Source of the DNA: Basidiobolus meristosporus CBS 931.73
Taxonomy: Eukaryota; Fungi; Basidiobolomycota
NCBI GenBank assembly: GCA_002104905.1
Contig: MCFE01000054.1
Location: forward strand, 62,001-126,000
Reading direction: 5' to 3'
Length of the DNA: 64,000 nt
In this document: positions 25,600 through 38,259 of the stretch, piece after piece
Position numbering within the stretch: the stretch's first letter is position 1
Layout: each line of letters begins with the position of its first letter
Program-made: the position numbers and the translations under genes
Notes under the pieces: generated by a model
Database searches by the model: none
Told to the model about the DNA's origin: nothing
The model's input: the letters and a program-made list of their open reading frames with translations, nothing else

Positions 25600-27020
25600 G
25601 TTCCAATGATCAGGGAGTTGTCAACTCTTTTGCTAGCATTTTAGCCCCCCAAAGTAACATTTTTGAGTAAGAAAACACATTCAGGTAAGGTATAGCCCAT
25701 TAGATTGCCTTTCAGTCACTCAAGGGTGATCATGCTCAGCTGAACAATACCTGACTACAGAAAGGAGTCTCCTTTCTTCATATTCACTTCAGACTATGAA
25801 TTTGGTGGTGTACTGAGCTAAACACATGAAGGAAAGGAGTACTCAGTTGCATTTGAATCCAAAATCTAAGCACAGAGCAGCAAAACTACCAAGTGCATTA
25901 AAAGCAGGTGCTGCCACACTGGACTTCATAAAGAAATGGAGATGTTACATCAAATGAGCCATGTGTACTGTGAAGACTGATCTTGCCTCAAGTATACATT
26001 TACTCACAAAGTGCTATTCAGAGGAGTGACAAGGTAGAGCAAATATATTCTGTAATTGATGTAGAGATTGTCTACTGCCCTAGGAGAAATAACAATGGTG
26101 CTGATGCCTCATCAAGACTAGATTCAGTTTTGCAACTCTACAAGGAGCATGAATCAGATTGACCCAGCCTATTATCAGAGTACTTAGAGGACCTGACCAG
26201 TCCCAATCAGGTGGATGAGGATGTCAAGATACCAACGGGGGTTTAGTCCAGTAAATATATGTGCTAGATGAAACACTCCACTTAGTACATGATAGAAGAC
26301 CTATTGATTACTACCCATATGTCACTTGCCTCAATATAATACAAATACTACACAGTAGATATGAGCATCCCAAATATGAAGGAATCAAATGCTTTGTGAA
26401 AGCCACAGTATGGTGGCCTAGAATGAACCAAATATTGCTAAGCTAGTAGGAACAAGCCCTAACTGCCAAATGAGCCAAAGCCACCCACAGGATATTGCCA
26501 AACTCTTCCCCTTGAATCATCTAAGACCATTTAAGAGCAGGGCATAGAGCTTACTAGAGGACTGTCCACTGCAATGAAATGCAACCAGTGGGCCCTTCTA
26601 GTAGTTTACCATGTCTTTAAGCAGCCAGCATCAAAAACCATCCTAGTAGCTGTTGATCAACTGTTGCAAGTTTCTTTTGCCTTGAGATCCTGATTTAACT
26701 CAGAGGTCATGTGGTATATGCATCCAGTAGAGAAGCAAATACTACAATAAAGACATTAAGATCTTTCCTAGAGCTGTAGCAGCTCAAATACATGAAGACT
26801 CTACCATTTCAGCCTAAAATCAACAGAGTTACTTAGCTATTTAATGGACTATTTGAAAATGCTAATGATAAATGCAAGTGGCACTTTTGGTAGATAGGAT
26901 GAGTACATATACTATGTAAAATACAACTGCAGAGTGAGAGTGCACCATGATACCTAACAGCTGTTGTTTTTGTCAGTGTATGGTAGTGATGCTGAAATAC
27001 TAGACTATTTGCTATGATCC
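25600..27020 (+). pseudogene. Highly degenerate Ty3/gypsy pol (RT end, RNase H, integrase)
   Basis: Homologous to 23720-24800 (tgtactgtgaagactgatc, gattgtctactgccct, gaatcagattg). Confidence 0.72.
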
Positions 27021-27029
27021 AGTGGCTAA

Positions 27030-29990
27030 ATATTTGTACAGCAATTCTGAACTAGTCTAGGTCACTATAGGGCTCATTAATAGCCTCAGCATTGACACTT
27101 TCTTGCAGATTGATGATCCAGTGATATTCCCCTAAAGCAAGATAAAGTTAGCACTTTTGCAAATTATTTTGTTTTAACCCTTAAACTTTTGCAGAGAACT
27201 CCCAACTATTGAGAAGCTCTCCTAACGTAGTGCCACAAATGTAGTACCTCAACTAAGGTATTAGTACTGCACCACTTCATAACTAATCAATATTTCAACC
27301 ATTGTCACTATTTCTTGATAAGCTCACTATATGCAAAACACTACTACATTGCAACAGGTTTTGGGCCTCAATTGCCTTAATCTACACAAAAAGATGACTT
27401 CTATCAGCAAACAGAACAACAAAGCATATTCCCTGCCAAGGAGAAGTTTGATGAGGAAAAAATCAGACTTTGGACAATCAGAATTTAGATCCCCTTTGAG
27501 GAAAGAAATCTTTGGAATATAGTAGCAGATAAGAAAATAAAGCCAAAGGCACAGCAGGAGAAGCTGCAAAGCTTCAACAGACGGGGAGAATAGCCTTTAA
27601 TGCCATATTTAAGAATGCACAAGATTCTTTCATGGGACTAATTCATGCTCTTAATACTGTCAATGCAGCATGGGAGTCCTCAGAGAAAATTTTTGAAGCA
27701 AAGTTTGTATCAAGCAAGAGTTATCTAAAAATAAAGTTCTTCAACATCAGGGGCAAGCTAGAAGATGGCATGTTATAACTCATAACTATAGTGGTGACAC
27801 TTGCTGAAGAACTTTACTGTTTCAATACTGGTGTACACAATAAAGAAAAGACACTCTGTCTACTTTGTGCTTACTTCACCAGTGTAAGCCACTCATAGTT
27901 TCTTTTAAAAGCAGAGAGGACTATGAGACCTTAAACTATGTCAAAGGAAGACATCTTCTTGAAGAGCTGAGTTGTGATGACCATGAGGAGAAAATTGAAG
28001 ACAATGCTTTATTCAGCTCAGAAAGGCACTCAGAAAGAAGGAAAAGCAGCAGAGCTAAAGAAATCCTGGTTGCTGTAACTGCTGTGAGAAGCCAGGACAC
28101 CAGGCAAGAGAATGCAAGAAGAGACAAGCAGATGCTAAGCAGTCACTATAGCAGGCAAAGCCTATAACTTCAGATGAAAAATTGTTTGTACAAGTACAAG
28201 GGAGTGCCAATAACCACCCTCTACTAAATATTTTCTTAATTCTAATTTCTCCCTGTGGTTCTCAAATTGTGGCCTAGCTAGTGCTCTTGTCAGGGACTGC
28301 TTTGTATGATGATTTAGAGGTATTTTTTTACTGTGTGACCAAGTATAGATTTACATTGCCTCTCAGGCCCACTATAGCATTATTTAGTAGTCATGGCTCA
28401 ATGTGATACCAGCTTACAGTACAAGTCCAATATATACAAGACACAATGCACAACTATTGTATATGAGTATGTGAGCATTGCTGAAACTGATGAAACTAAC
28501 TGGGAGATGTGGCATAGGAGGCTAGGACATATTGGAGAACAGAAAATGAGCCTATTGATGGAAAATTAACTTTTTTTGGGCCTCATTTATTCAACTCCAT
28601 CTGATGGAGTGTGTCCAAGAGAGGAGCAATATAAATATGCTAGGCAATGTTTGAGGAGCATAGAAGCCATTGATACAACCAAAATATTGGCTGTTGTGCA
28701 CTTGGACATATGTAGGCCCATGAGAACACTGTCTTTTGGAGCCAAGATATATCTTATGGTGTTTGTTGATGAAAAGACAAGATATAAATGGTACACTTCC
28801 TTGAGACAAAAGATGAAACTTTAGGGATGTTCAAGCACTGCAAGAACCTGGAAGAAACACAAACTGGGTGCAGACTGAAGGTACTTCAAAGTAACTACAG
28901 AGGAGGAGAACACCATTCTAAGGGGTTTGCAAGGTACTGTCAAACCACTGGTACACTATAAAAGACCACTGTCCCACATACTCCACAGCAAAATGGAGTA
29001 GCAGAAGCTGCAAATAGGAAAATAGTAACAATGGGCAGATGTACTCTATATGCTAAGGGAATGGACCACATTTCTTGGTCTGAATCTGTTGCTATTGAAG
29101 CATACCTCAAGGATAGATGCCCAGCAACCACAATACACATATTCACACCCTCTGAAGCATATATATTTAAAAAACCAGACCTCCAGCACTGCAGGATCTT
29201 TAGCTATGATACTTTCTATCACATCCTTGACAAAAATACCTAATATTGTAAACAAAAAGTAGGAAAGGGGTCCTTGTTGGGTATTTTGAAGATACTAGTG
29301 CTATGTGGCAACAATCAATGCAGGAGGAGTATCAATAAATAATCAAGGCAAAAATGAGCAAACTGGTATATTTACCTAATGGCAGAATGCCAATAGAATA
29401 TATATGGGTCTACAAAGTCAAGATAAACTCTGGTGGTACTATTGTAATGCACAAAGTTAGATTGGTGGCCTAAGGCTCTTTGCAGATGCAGGGACTATAC
29501 CTTAAGGAAGTATTTGATCTGGTAGCCAAATTTAACACCATTTGCACAGTTCAAGCTCTGGCAGCTCTACATAGTCTATATCTACCCCAAATAGATGTCA
29601 AAACAGCCTTTCTTAATGGGGATCTGCAGGTAACAATATATATGGAGCAACCAGAAGGTTTTATCAATCAAGAGGCCCCTGCAATGGGTGCAGACTCAAA
29701 AAATTGCTCTATGGACTTAAATGGGCACCTAGTGCATGGTTAAGCAAGATTGACACATATCTAGAGAAGATTGGGTTCATTGGTAGCACTGCAGATCTCA
29801 GTATATGTGTGAAACAGTGTAAAAAGGGAGTGATCATCCAGGTTGTTGATGTGGAGCACCTAATAGTAGTTAGTAGTGACCAGGAGGCAAGGATGTGGTT
29901 AACTTGCTCAGCCTGACCATACAACTGGGTATGGAGAGCAGTCAAGAGCTTGACTTGCATATCCAGATATAGAATGAAGTGCTTCTGGAG
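27030..29990 (+). mobile_element. Degenerate Ty1/copia (LTR remnant ~27030-27357, PBS, gag, integrase, RT 5' part); same family as 11228-15863
   Basis: PBS GGTTTTGGGCCTC at ~27358; gag MTSISKQNNK; HLDICRPM; [11 protein letters not shown]. Confidence 0.82.
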
Positions 29991-30004
29991 TTTTAAATTC
30001 AACA

Positions 30005-32040
30005 ATGGTCATCTGTCAGATTTAGTGACACTGGGAATACCATGGAGCCCAAAAATATTCTTCATTACAAAGTGGGTAATTTTGTCAGCATCTGCAATAT
30101 TGTTGCAGGGAATAAAGTGAGCCATGCTTGTAAGTCTATGGAACACTACCAGGACTGAGCTAAGTTGCTTGGATTCTGGGAGGTTGATAATGATGTCCAT
30201 GTAAATTGACTTTGATTGCTGGTCAGGGATTGGCAAGATTTGGAGAAGTCCATATGGCTGGTGTCCGGTAGACTTTGCATGGTTGCATGTGTCACAGGAT
30301 TAGAGGCATATCTTAACAAGAGATACCATATTGGGTCACCAGAGGTCTCCTTTGAGTTTCTTCAGGCTTGGCAATACCATAATGTCCTGCAGCCTTTGAT
30401 TCATGGCATGAATGGATAATTTCCAACTGGATAACAAGGTCTGGGACAAAAAGATAGTGCTTGGGGTTAATGATATCATTGGCTAGATGTATGTGATGAA
30501 GATTAGAGAACTTGTGTGGTGGGCCTGTGGAAAACCTCCACTATTTCCTGATTGTTGATGTTATGGAGCTGGTAGCTTGGGTGGTCTTGACTCTCTCAAG
30601 TAGCAAGGGAGCAATCAGACTGGAAGACAAGGCTGCAAGGAGCACAATTTTTTTTTGAGTACAGGGTTTTTATTTGCCAACAGACATCATCCCTGTCCTC
30701 AATAAAGTACACCATCTTTCCAAACAGGGCATCAGGTTTTCCTTGTTTTATACCTGGTCAATAGGTAAAGGCAAAGACAAAGCTGGACAGGAAGAAGGGC
30801 CAACTAGCTTATCTCTGGCTTGGTACTTTTGAGGTGGTAGAATACTCAAGGCTCTGGTGGTCATCCAAAATCTTTATCTTTTGGGCTGCATCATCATAGT
30901 AGTATCTCCACCGTTTAAAGGCAATGATGATAGTAAAGTATTTCTTGTCATATGTATTGTAGTTGACTTCAGCTGGGGTAAACTTCTAAAAGTGAAATGC
31001 AATAAGGTGTTGCACAATCTTATCCTATTGGCAAAGAATAGCACCAATGGCCAGGTCAGAGGTCTCAGTTTCTATGAAAGCAAATTTCTCAAGGGCAGGA
31101 TGGGCATGCAATGGGGCACAGAAGAAAAAATTTCTTGGTAGAGTTAATGGACACAAACTGCTCTTCATTGTAGGCAAATGACTGGTTCTTCTGGGTGAGC
31201 TTTGTCAACAAAGTGACTGTTGTGGAGTAATTAGCAGTAGATCTAAGGTGGAAGTTGACAAATTTAAGGAAAGACAGCACTTCTTTTATGGAACAGAGAG
31301 CCTTCTAGGACTGTATGGCTTCTACTGGTTCCAATCAAGCTTTTCAGATAATCTAGGAATTCAACTTCTTTCTGGTCCAACTCACATTTCTCCAGTTTGA
31401 CATCAAGGTCAGCAATGTAAAGTTTGGTCAAAACCTTCTTCACATGGTAGTTATATCTGTCTTTAGTCTGGGAGTGGATCAAGATATCATCAAAGATAAT
31501 TCCAAGTTTGTTAAGGTACTCACAGATAATGTCATCCATTAGGTGTTGAAAGGCAGCTGGGGTATTGGTGAGACCAAATGGCATAACTTTATACTCAAAT
31601 TGACAGTATTTTTCTCAGAAGGTGGTTTTTCATTTATTGCCAGGTTCAATTCCAACAAGGGTATAAGCTCCTCTGAGGTCAAGATTAATAAAGACTTTTG
31701 CACCAGAGAGCTGATCCAAGAGGGATTGATATGGGTAAAAGGATATCAGTTGTTAGCTATGATCATATTCAGCAGACAGTAGTCTACACACATTGTTAGA
31801 GTATAGTTCTTTTTTTGACAAAGAGGATTGGGGTACCAGCAGGGGACTTAGAGTTCTAAATAATACTTTTCTGGAGGTTGTCTTGAATGTAGCATTGAAG
31901 TTCTCTCAACTCTAGTTGCAAAAGGCTGTAGATAAAGCCAAGAGGTGGGGCTTTCCCTTCTTCAAGGTTGTGGGACAATCATAGGGTCTATGGGCTGGGA
32001 GTAGTTCTGATATCTTCTTCTATATGCAAACTCATGATAC
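30005..32040 (-). pseudogene. Ty3/gypsy (Tf2-like) pol fragment: RT, RNase H, integrase
   Basis: MPFGLTNTPAAFQ, IIFDDILIHS, FLKFVNFHLRS, integrase MDIIINLP...LTSMAHFIPC. Confidence 0.85.
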
Positions 32041-33251
32041 TTAGAAGGTATTTCATTGCAGGGGGCTCCTTCAGTTATGACAGGCTCCTAATTCTAACTG
32101 AATCCTCCTGGATACTCACTTGTTGATCCACTAGTTGGTAAGTTGCAAATGGGCATTCTCTGATGATCTTGAATGGCCCAATCATTGTGGCACAAGCTTC
32201 TGTCAAGTTTTGTTTCTCAGCATTATAAGGTTCCCAACTGCAAAAGCCTCTGGTAATATAGTCTTTCAATTCTAAGCTCATCTTTTCTGTGCTCTTAGAG
32301 GTTTTGTCCTCCATACACCAAGTAATTGGCAATTATTGTGTAGTTCTGTGCACCCTAACACTGCAGGCAAATGTTGCTTGGTCATTAAACTTGTCCCATC
32401 TACTTAGAGCTCCATTTGCATACTTGGTAAGCATTTTTCCAAATAGTAAATTGAGTCACTTAGAGATATCATTAGTTCTAGGGCAATATGCCAAAATTCT
32501 TAAATGTTTGATCTGCTGCATTTTTAGGTAGGCTTCCAATGTATATGCTATAAAGTTTGCTTGTCTATCAGATATGATTTCCACATGGCATCCAAACTTT
32601 ATCAGGGTCTCATGGTAGATGAAACTTGTAACTTCTTGCTCACTAGCTACAGGTACAACTCTAGCCACTGGCCAGTTGGAGGCAAGGTCAATTGATACTA
32701 GAATTCTCCAATTGTATTTTCCAGTAGAGGGCAGTCTTCTAGCAAAGTCTATTCCCCAACTCTCATATAGTCTTACCAGCTTCAGGGGAATGAGCTAGCA
32801 ATACTCTGTGGTTGACCTTGGTTAATTGAGCAGGTTTTTGCTAGCTTCTCAGTATCTTGTTTCATTATGAGCCATCATGATCTAGCTTTTACAAGGCTAG
32901 ATGTTCCTTCAATTTCAGATGACCATGTTCATTGTGTAGCTTGTGTACTATGTCCAAGCAAGCAACATAGGAGCAAGTGGCAATAGTATTTCCAGCAAAA
33001 TTTGGTTAAGTGCATCATCCTGTACAACATATTTGCTGTCTTCATCCTCCCCATTAGGAATGGCTTGGTCCTCCAAGTACTTTGGTAAAAAGCTAGGCCA
33101 ATCTGATTTATGAACCAAGTTAAGATGTGAAACTTGTAGTCTTGATAAGATATCAGCAACCAAGCTGTTTTTCCTATGGCAGTAGATAATCTCCAGGGCA
33201 AATTGCCAAATGTATACACTCTATCTTGTCATTCTTCTATATAGTACCTTC

Positions 33252-33946
33252 TGTTGTATCCAAGAGAAAGCGTAATAAAACTCTTGAGTGGTTTAACTGA
33301 ACCAAAGGGACAATTAAGTGCAGAATCTTAGAATTGTCAGAGAGTGGCGGAAATATTAGCAGAAAGATTCTGATCTAATATTGGTCTTGGATACAGCTGG
33401 GTTGGCTATAAAGACAATGATTTTTGTTTGCTAGGCAGGCTAGGCTTGGTGTTCTTTGGAGTGCTAGATATACTAGGCTTGGATAGAAGCTAGAACAGAA
33501 TTGTTGGATTCTTATTTTTGCTGAGACAGAATCTTAATTTTGTTGAGACACACACTAAGCCAAAAGGTTCAGTAAACTTTATTTATACTTTTCTGATCTA
33601 GTTGAAATAGTAAGCAACAAGGGACTGGATTGATTGAAATCAATTTGGGTGTTCATAGGTGCATAAGATAAATGAAAATTACATCATCAATCAACTGATG
33701 TCTTGGCAACTGCACAGTAGTTGGATAGATCTCAGATGACTAATCACCTGGGAAGGCTTGGCAGATAGGTTGATAATGTAATGACCATTTGAAAATAGAT
33801 CAGGTGTAATAGCTAAAAATAGATTCTGAGGTGGGATAAAATAAACTGTAACTGGGATTTGTTATGTTTGGGTTAGGAAAATCAGTTAGGGTACTAGATT
33901 TTCAAACGGAGTAAATTGGCTAAGTTTTAAATGTTGATGCACAACA
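33252..33946. repeat. Solo LTR family B (695 bp) with TSD CCTTC/TCTTC
   Basis: TGTTGT...ACAACA ends; inverted copy at 48800-50021; removal restores the RNase H sequence seen at 23810-23860. Confidence 0.88.
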
Positions 33947-35959
33947 TCTTCTGAGTAAATACATACTTGAGTGAGGCATGATCTGCCATCACAGTGCACT
34001 TGACTTCTTCAATATAGCATCTCCATATCTTCCAGCAGTGTATTATGGCAAGCATCTTCTTATGCATTGGATAGTCTTGTTCTGCTGAGTTCAGTTTCTT
34101 TGACTCAACAGCAACTGGGTAGCTCTTTCTCTCATTTTCTTGGCTCAGTACTCCGCCAATTGCATAGTCTGAAGCTTCTGTGCACACACTAAACTCTTTT
34201 CTAAAGTCTGGGATTCTTAAGCTTGGCAGCTTAGCAAATTCATTCTGGAGCATCTGAAAGGCAGTCTCACAGAATATGTTTCACTTCAGGGTCCTGTTTT
34301 TCTTGAAGATATTAGTTAAAGGGCCAGCAATACTTGCAAAGGGGTTGACTAATCTCCAATGATTGCAAAGCATCCCAAGAATAGAACAGAGCTCTGATAT
34401 GCTATGAGGCTGCTTCAGATACTTAAAAGCTTCCAGTCTCTTAGGGTGTAAGGGCATTCCTGTGCTAGTCACTATGTGTCCTAGATACCTGTTGTGTTGA
34501 AGAACTCTTACTTTGATAGCTTGCCAATTAGCTTGTTGTCTCTTTGCTTCTTCACAACATTTCAATGTACACCAAGTGGTCCTCTTCTGTCTTGATGTAT
34601 ATTCATATGTTATCTGGGTAGATTACCACAAACATGTTAAAGTACTCCTAGAGGACAGTTAGCATCAAGGTCATGAATGTTAAAAGGGCATTGATGAGGC
34701 CAAAACACACAACTAAGTACTTGTAATGTCCATATCTACTCCTGAATACTGTCTTAGATATATCTTCTGGCTTCAGCTTTATCTGGTTGTATCTTTGCCT
34801 AAGGTCAATCTTGCTGCATATGGTGACTCCATTGAGTTGGTTCAAAAGCTCATCAATCCATTGTATAGGGCACTTGTTCCTCACAGTAACAGAGTTAAGG
34901 GCTCTGTAGTTAGTGCACATCACAAGTGCTCAATCCTTTTTTTTCACAAAAAGCACTGGTGCACCCCAAGGTGACTTGCTGTGCATGGTCTGTCCTTGCT
35001 GCAATAGTTAATAGACTTGTTCCATCAAACCATGCCAGGGCACATGGCACAATCCGCGGTTGTAAAGAACAATTGGGTGCGATATTATAGCTACCAGAAG
35101 GCAGGATTGTTCTTGGACAATTTTGCACTATGTGGGACAATCTTGCACACTATGGCACAATCTGACACAATGAGGTTGGCACAGATGATTGCGCCAACTT
35201 GTAATGTTTGCATCACGTGCGTGATTGGATACCGCTATAATGGCAGGTAAAATCCGGTATTTGGATATGTTTCTTTAATGTAAATGGAAATAAATGTGTA
35301 TCACACTATAAACTACACTGATACTTACCATTTTGGTTACCCTCACTCCAATTGGACGGTATCTCAGTGGTTAATTGGTCCAAAAGTATCCTGAAGCTGG
35401 CAGCCCCCAATTGGCTCATTGACTACTGAAAAAGCTACCTGATTTGCCATCAAATATCCCATTTTGCCCATTGAGCAAGTGAATCCCTGATCCTAGTGAT
35501 TGGACAAGGTGTCATAGCTAGCATGCAAGCAATTGTGTAGGTGCAAAACAGATCCAATAGCTGCACTGGTATTACAGATGACATATATATATGCAGGGTG
35601 TTTATTAATAAGGGTTCTGTCTCAAATGTGAGCCAACCTTGATATTACTTATATCAAAAATTTGATGATCACTGATTTGCAATGGCTTGATTTGGATCGC
35701 AAAAAAAAAGGGTGGTAGGGATCATTACAAATGTGAGCAATTCAAAGCAATTGCATCATCTTCTCCTGGGTTTTTTTCTCACAGGGATTACTACTGAAGC
35801 ATTTGGTAGCAATTCACTTTGCACACCTATACTACTTCCTGGCTGACTATCATCTTGGCTACTTGTGTATTTGTAGTCAGTATTTTGCCTCCTAGTTGAT
35901 GAGTGCAATGCTGCAGCTTGGCCATGCTGAATTGCTCCAACTGAATCAACTGAACCAGC

Positions 35960-36880
35960 CTATAGTGCCATGCGCTGACGCGTTCTTTTACTTGCCAAGG
36001 GCTCCGGTGGTTGAGGCACTTCATGTTGGTCATCATCAGTCAGTTCACCAGAAGTAACTTGCGGATGGTCAGGCAAAACGGCACGCGCAGGCGCGCCTTG
36101 ACACGTTGAGATGGCCCTTGGCTGAGTTTGATGTGATGCTGCATGTTGACATGACTTGGTCCGCTCCAATGGACTTGTTTTGAAATGAGCAGTTTGGCGA
36201 GTTCTTGTAGCTTTGCTCAGAAGCGCACGCGTTGACCCAAAGCGCGTTGACTCAATGTGTGTTGACTTGACGCGGGGCGCTCTGGTAAAGGGTGTTGGCG
36301 TGGTCAGGACTGACATGCGCCAGCGCACTGTGGTTGCAAGAGATGGTAGGGAATCCAGCGAGGCGTGCTGGCGCAATCTGGACGATGTTGCTTGCGGTCT
36401 GTATTCTTCCTCCTGAAGCTCACCATCTGATTCCTCAAGGTATTCATTTACCCTCTGTGTGATACTTTGGAGCTGTTGCCTAGATGAGTCCTGTGCATAT
36501 TGCTCTTGGAAGCTACTTAGCTCTACTAATAAATCACATGGTAAATTAGTCATTTGAGGCAAAAACTCATTCAAAATCTCTTTGGTTCCCAAAGTTGAGG
36601 CACAAACAGACGCGTCCGGCCCGTACTGTGCAAATTGCGCGCAAAATTGTTGCCGCGCGGCTTCTTTGTCAAATCCCCTCACTCTCAGCTCATTCTTGAT
36701 TTCAATACTTGTCTTGTTCTATATCTTTTTACATACATTGGCTGGCATCTTGATGTAGAACTCATGACACAGCTTTCTACTCAAATTCTTCCATCTTTGT
36801 TGACTCTCTGAGGTATCTAGTTCTGCTAGATTATCAGTAGGGCCCAAATATCTGTATGAAGGCTCATCATAGACACTTGG
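35960..36880 (-). pseudogene. PHIS accessory ORF2 (unknown function; QQRWKNLSRKL is weakly Myb/SANT-like), one in-frame stop
   Basis: 240-aa ORF 35960-36682 extends upstream in the same frame past a TAG where copy P2 reads through; homologues at 47620-48100 and 16520-17090. Confidence 0.65.
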
Positions 36881-37375
36881 GCCATACTAAAATCATTTGG
36901 CAAGAACTCAAACGGATCCGACATTGATTTCTCCGGTCCGGACTGTGCCTGTGAGCTGGGGGATGGGTTTTGTCTGGGTTGTACTAAAGATGAGTTGAGG
37001 CTTGGTATGGGGATCATAGCAACAGATTTGGATACTTATACAGCAGTATATTGGCATCAACCTGGTCTTATATGAAATATATATGAAACTAATGTGATTG
37101 TTGAATTTTCCATATATTATGCATGATGCATCTTGGATTGCATTGACACAGATCCGATCACATCAATCAAAGATTTCCTATTTGATTATAGGCCTATGAT
37201 TAAAGCATCAATAAAAGTACCAAGGCATTGTTTGCAGATGATATTTGCAACATAATGATGGGATACATGGCAATTGATGGAGATTTAACAATAATGTATT
37301 AAAAGTCAGATAAATAACACGGATTGCGCCAAATTGATTCAAACCACCTCCATACAATCATCCATCAATATTAAT

Positions 37376-38259
37376 ATGACTTACTCATCAAATGGCCTTT
37401 TCTCATCAATCCCATCACTACCACTGGATTTCCTTTTGACACACTAGAGGAGATTAATTCCTAGTACTGTGGACCATCAACTCCAATCTACTCAAGGGGG
37501 TCCCTTGTTAAGCTTCTCTGCTATTACAAGAACTATTGCCTTACAAGGTTTCATTCCACCATACATGGCAACAAAAGTCCTAGTAGCTTTCATTCCCAGC
37601 TGACAGCAATGGAGAAACACCTTGCAGAGGGTATGAATGACTTAGGGCAAGCTTGGAATACTAGATTCAGAAGCTCCAATAGACTTCCATATCCCAGAGT
37701 GTTCAGCAACAGGTTCCATATCAGGAGTATTTTGGATACCTTCCCAGTGAGGATGAACAGACCTTCTAGAGGGCAGAGGCACTTTTATTCTGGCAAGTAC
37801 AAGGCACACTGTGTGAAGTTTCAAGCACTGTCTGACATTGAGGGTAACATCATCTGGTTTAGTGGGCCATTTGCTGGAAGTAGGCATGACAAAGCACTCT
37901 GGGTAGAGAATCATCCTGAATTCAGTAGAGGGGAGAAATGTATGGCAGACTTAACCTATATAGGAGAGGATTGTCAGAGATTAGGATGTATTACAGCTTA
38001 TAGGAAGCCAAGGAATGGTGTGCTTAGCAGGAAGCAGAAGCTCTACAATGAGATATTTAATCATTTCAGAGTAAGGGTAGAGCACACATTTGGATATCTG
38101 AAGAGATTCAGCATATTGGCAGGTAAATACAGAGGAAAGTCATATATAGGAGAAAACAGCAGAATAGGTAAAATAGTTAAGATACTTATTAATGCACAGT
38201 ATGTTCATACAAGAAGACATCCACTGAGAGAAATGTGTCTGGAGCATTATGAAGAGTAA
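37376..38259 (+). pseudogene. DDE_Tnp_4-type transposase of P1 (frame disruption in the 5' part)
   Basis: ILDTFP / SRHDK / ADLTY / VEHTF; the 5' part is out of frame relative to P2. Confidence 0.85.

Noticed and set aside
37376-38259. Bacterial IS5-family insertion sequence or contamination
   Set aside because: It is embedded with a TSD in eukaryotic retroelements, has a partner ORF, and diverged local copies exist.
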